This document shows positions 13,411-64,000 of a DNA stretch of 64,000 nt, one piece after another. Every line of letters begins with the position of its first letter. Within the stretch, counting starts at the first letter, position 1. A program made the position numbers and the translations under genes. Source of the stretch: Eledone cirrhosa (lineage: Eukaryota); assembly GCA_964016885.1 (NCBI GenBank), contig OZ024746.1, forward strand, positions 15,004,001 through 15,068,000, in the 5' to 3' direction. A model generated the notes under the pieces. It was given only the letters and a program-made list of their open reading frames with translations, was not told where the DNA came from and ran no database searches.

Positions 13411-13599
13411 AATATGGTTTTATAAATATAGTTTCCATTTGTTAATATATTGCATTTTTACTCAAATAATTTGTTGAGTGCTTTATATCAGTTATAAAAA
13501 TATTTGCTTGTATCTCAACAAATTAAATATAACTTCTACACACGCACGCACGCACGCGCGCGCACACGTAGAAGTTATATTTAATTTGTTGAGATACAA

Positions 13600-14487
13600 A
13601 GCTTCTGATACCTAGGTGACCGAATTAGCAGCGGAGGTGGGTGTTCAGAAAGTACAATAACTAGGGTAAGAACGGGATGGAAGAAGTTTAGGGAACTACT
13701 ACCACTACTAGCTGCAAAAGGCTTCTCTCTCAGAATGAAAGGCAGACTGTATGATGCGTGTATCCGAACAGCAATGTTGCATGGTAGTGAGACCTGGGCG
13801 CTGAAGGTGGAAGACTTACGTAGATTAGAGAGAAACGAAGCCTGCATGCTCCGATGGATGTGTAACAGTAATATACGTGAACGACAAAGCATAAATGAAT
13901 TGAGAGAGAGACTGAGCATAAGAGGAATCAAATGCTGTGTGCAGGAGAGGCGGTTGCGCTGGTATGGACATGTGATGTGTATGAAGGATGACAGCTGCAT
14001 AAAAAGGTGCAGAGCACTAGAAGTTGATGGAAACCGCGGAGTGGGGAGACCCAAGATGACCTGGGATGAGGTGATAAAAGCCGACCTTACCCAATTACAC
14101 CTCTCAAAGGCAATGAGACACGACCGTGACTTCTGGCGTCGCGCAGTAATACAGAGTACCCGACCTCCCATGGGTACAAGCTGAAGCATATAGACAATAT
14201 GCCCCCACACCCCCCACCACAAGGTGGTCGTGGAGGTACCATGGCAAAAAAGCACCCAGCCCACACTGTAAAGTGGACGTGTAGGCGCCACGAAAAAGCA
14301 CCCAGCACTCACTGTAAATGAGGTTGGTGTTAGGAAGGGCATCCGGCTGTAGAAATCAAGCCAGATCAGTTCCTGTATGAGCAAGGCATGGTCAGCCGAC
14401 CAGACACTGCCCACAACAGGACAACCCATCTAACCCATGCTAGCATGGAAGAACGGACGTAAAACGATGATGATGATGATGATGATA
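13600..14487 (+). mobile_element. 5'-truncated RTE-clade LINE (second subfamily)
   Basis: MKGRLYDACIRTAMLHGSETWAL..RRLRWYGHV..GRPKMTW, 3' UTR and (GAT)n tail. Confidence 0.9.
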
Positions 14488-14920
14488 ACAAGCAAATATT
14501 TTTATAACTGATATAAAGCACTCAACAAATTATTTGAGTAAAAATACAGCATATTAACAAATGCAATTTTTGCCTTTTGTGTTTTTGTGTTTGCCATATA
14601 ATGCTCCACCCAACCCATATTATATGTGTATATATGTATATATACATATTATATATGTATATATATGCCTTCAGTTGTAGAACCTCCTCCCCCCCACTTC
14701 CAAATTATTATACCAGAATCTGGGTTGGGTCTAGAATACCTCTCACTCCTCCACCTCTTACACTCTCCCTTTTCTGCATTAATGACCTACTTGTTGTTAC
14801 ACACACACTCACATACACACATACACACATACACACTTACATACTTACATACTTACATACATACATACATACTTACATACTTACATACATACTTACATAC
14901 ATATATACATACTTACATAC

Positions 14921-14960
<40 letters not shown>

Positions 14961-15147
14961 CAAAGGAAATGTGGTAAGGAACCAGGTGGACCATAACGCA
15001 CCAAAGTACTCAATACTTGGGGTAGTAGAGTGGGTAATAGGAACCAGTAAGACCCCGACGGCTGAACTCAAGCCGTTTCGACGGCTAATTCTGTCCAGAA
15101 TTAGCCGTCGAAACGGCTTGAGCTCAGCCGTCGGGGTCTTACTGGTT

Positions 15148-15184
<37 letters not shown>

Positions 15185-15488
15185 AAAAAGAGATGAAATC
15201 GAAAATGCAACTGGAATGTTATTTTTTAAAATATATATATATTTATTTGGTTTCTTTACCAGTTTCGCAGTTCTTCTGCTTTTCAAAAGTAGAGTTGAGA
15301 TGGAGGGTCTGTGGTTTTTCTCACGGATGTGTTGCATTTTCGATTTCATCTCTTTTTCTTTATACTTTCACTCGTGTAGGACACCTTGGTTATTTTTCAA
15401 TTTGTAAAAAAAACCTCACTTTCTAATATATATATATATATATATATACGATATTAATAAATGGAAACTATATTTATAAAACCATATT

Positions 15489-15553
15489 TATTTCATTATA
15501 TATATTTCAAGGATACCAAGTTACATTATGGTATGCCTTCATCAGACAAAATA
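15489..15553 (-). ncRNA. Hammerhead ribozyme motif, family 2
   Basis: Reverse strand tattttgt-CTGATGA-aggcatacca..tggtatcctt-GAAA-tatata-TA-atgaaata. Confidence 0.68.
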
Positions 15554-16333
15554 CAATATATAACAGTTTTATAAATAGACATTGACGTACCCCTTTAAAA
15601 ATTGACCGTTGCTTTTGGAGGCTATCCTGATGGCCTCCAAAAGCAACGGTCAATTTTTGTGTCTTTCCAAGTGATTACTCTATATTTACTATTACATTTT
15701 CACAGTAAAGGTTTTATTTCGAATAATATCGAATCTACAAGATTTTGATGCAATTTATTTTGAGAACAATATTTTAACATTGGTATAAGCAGTTGGTTAC
15801 ACACTGTGATGCAGTCATAGTGTGTTCTATACTTTTCAAGAATGTCTTACTAATATCGTTTGTTAATACAAATGTTTATATTATATTTACTAATGGACAA
15901 ATTGTGAAAATTTACAGTAAACTAAAGATTTTAATATCTAATGTGATGCAATCATAGTTCTGTTTTGTTCTTTTCAAGACTGTCTTTCTTATATGGTTTC
16001 CTGTGGTTTGTTAATTCAAATGTTTATATTGTCTTTACTAATGGACAGATTAGGGGTGTTTTGTAATTTTAACCAATGAATGTCTTTCTTATATGGTTTC
16101 CTATAATGTACTGGATGTCTTTTATTGTAACAAAAGTACTTAGAGAATTCAAGTCCTGAACATGATTAAAAAAAACTACTTTACAGAGTGTACTGGGACA
16201 TTTTAGTGTGACATATCTTAAAATATTTGTCATCATTACTTATGTGATGTATTGCAAAAATCTGTATTGACAATGTATTTGTTTGTAGAACTGTCCTTAT
16301 CATCATCATAACCACCATCACCAGCATCGCGAC

Positions 16334-16385
<52 letters not shown>

Positions 16386-17449
16386 AACCTCACTTGAATT
16401 GAGAATCCGTGCGTCCTTGAGGAGGTGGTTTGCTAGTTTATTGTGGACTAACTCTAAACCAAACTCGTTCTATGGATTGAGTTCTACTTACTAGGATATA
16501 ACCTCCCAATATATATATATATGTATACATGGAAGACACAAAGCAGGCTTTGTTTATAAACTGCCACCAAATTTGAAAATTAGGTAGTAACATATGCTTA
16601 CGCCGTATTTGACTACATAGAGTTAGTCTGTTAGTTGGGATTTTAAAAAGCCCTCTGAATGGAAAAAAGGATGAGTATTGCCGTACATGGGACACAAACC
16701 CACATCTTTGGTGTGCCGGACCAATGCGATACCATTGGTTTTTTTTTTTTTTTTTTAAATCCCAACCAACAGACTCTCTCTCTCTCTCACACGGGACAAA
16801 AGTGCTACCTAAGGTTTCAAGGCCCAGTATTGACCAGATTGTCAGAGGAGTCAAACTTGTGACCTAATCTTCAGGTACTTTTCCATCCATATAGTTAGAT
16901 GGTAGATGTGATAGCTGGATCAATACACCACCATCATCACTACCACCACCACCATCAATACCATCACTATCACCATGTTCACTTATTGAATGGAACTACT
17001 TTAGATTCACAAATAATTTTTGTTTGATGTTTTTTCCCCTCCCCACTCTCTCTTTCTTTTCTCTTTCTTTTCCACACATTTCTTACTCTCGCTATCTCTG
17101 TCATACTCATTCACTGTCTTTTCTCACCTTTCTCTCTCTCACTCTCTCCTTCCTCACACATTTACACAATACATACAAATACACACACACGCATACATGC
17201 ACTGGCACACACATACATGCACTAACTCACACATATTCAGACATTACTACATACACCATACACAGATCAGTAAAAGCTTCCATATTTAATATGATGTAGT
17301 CATAGTGCTGTTTTGTAGTGTTCAAGAATGTCTTGCTAATGTTTTCATGTGGTACAGAACGTTAAGAGTTAAACCAAAGTGGGATCTTTTATGCAGTCAT
17401 TCACCCTGCTAGAAATAGTAGCCACCTTTTCCTCATGTCACACCTTATT

Positions 17450-17648
17450 GGTGACATGACAAAAAGCCCCCAGTACTCACTGTAAATGAGGTTGGTATTA
17501 GGAAGGGCATCCAGCCATAGAAGCCAAGCCAAAATCAGTTCTGTATGTGCGAGACATGGTCACCTACCCTAGCATTGCGCACAACAGGACAACCCGTCTA
17601 ACCCATGCTAGCATGGAAAAATTGACATAAAACGGTGATAATGATGAT
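17450..17648 (+). mobile_element. RTE/SINE 3' tail fragment
   Basis: cactgtaaatgaggttggtattaggaagggcatccagcc..acccatgctagcatggaa, (GAT) tail. Confidence 0.7.
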
Positions 17649-17816
17649 TGGCTCATGTGGTCCAGGGTGTACTGTGTATAGTGAAAAATGGAATTGTCAT
17701 GATTGGAGAGCCTTTAGACATAGATGTGAAAATATAACTTCATTTGGTCATTTCATACATATACAACAGTTGGCTCAAATGTTCATAGGCTGACCAAGAT
17801 ACTCTCATGGAATGGC

Positions 17817-17857
<41 letters not shown>

Positions 17858-18249
17858 CACGACTAGAACTGTTTCATTCGGGAGAAATCGTCAGGATGAT
17901 TTCTCCTGAATGGAACAGTTCTAGTCCAGTAGAAGCCTTTTCTATATTAAATATTTATTACTCTGCTTTGTATTGAGTACCTTACTTACTGTAGTTACCT
18001 CCGATTGAACCCGGGATAAACTTACTATATTATTCTTATATTTGTACTTACAGAGATGTGAAGACACCACAGTAAAGTACCAATTTTAATAATGGAATCT
18101 TCCTGAAAACCACACAAAAAACATCTCCAGTAACCCCTTGAAAAACTGAAAAACTACCAGTGAATGATTAGGAAGTAATCGAAGCTAGTCTGATGTTGTC
18201 CTTGACATCAACATGTCAAAGCTAGTCTGATGTTGTCCTTGACATCAAC

Positions 18250-63779
<45,530 letters not shown>

Positions 63780-64000
63780 GTGAGTGCTTTCATATCTCTC
63801 TCCCTCTTTCATTTTTTTAATCTCAGTTATTCAGTTTCTTTCATCCCTTTTATCCTTCAGTTAATAAAATTAGTACCAATAATATACTATGCTCAGTGCC
63901 AGCCAAATTTAAAAATATATTTCTGGAGAGAGAAAAAGGTAGAGGGTCCCAAACTAAATATTCCTTTCGGTGTTTAGTTTCATTTTTTGATGTTCTGAAT

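Overview
Repeat-dense, AT-rich animal genomic DNA. The repeat landscape suggests a cephalopod such as Octopus (inference). The one host gene is a + strand Tec/Btk-family non-receptor tyrosine kinase (PH, Btk zinc motif, SH3, SH2, kinase). I traced 16 coding exons from ATG 18250 to 63779, all with GT-AG boundaries and consistent phases: 1794 nt, 598 codons, with the last exon beyond the window. The rest is RTE and CR1 LINE fragments, Penelope-like (GIY-YIG) retroelements, two SINE families, TTAA-flanked piggyBac-like MITEs, and micro/minisatellites. The long ORFs in the track are satellite artefacts. Most notable: (1) at least 12 hammerhead-ribozyme motifs of several sequence families, linked to Penelope-like termini in (TA)n tracts, one of them sense-oriented inside a kinase intron; (2) a C4HC3 PHD-like finger inserted in the RTE reverse transcriptase; (3) two 48-bp minisatellites built from a MITE end; (4) a 37-bp duplication of the kinase start codon that creates a uORF.
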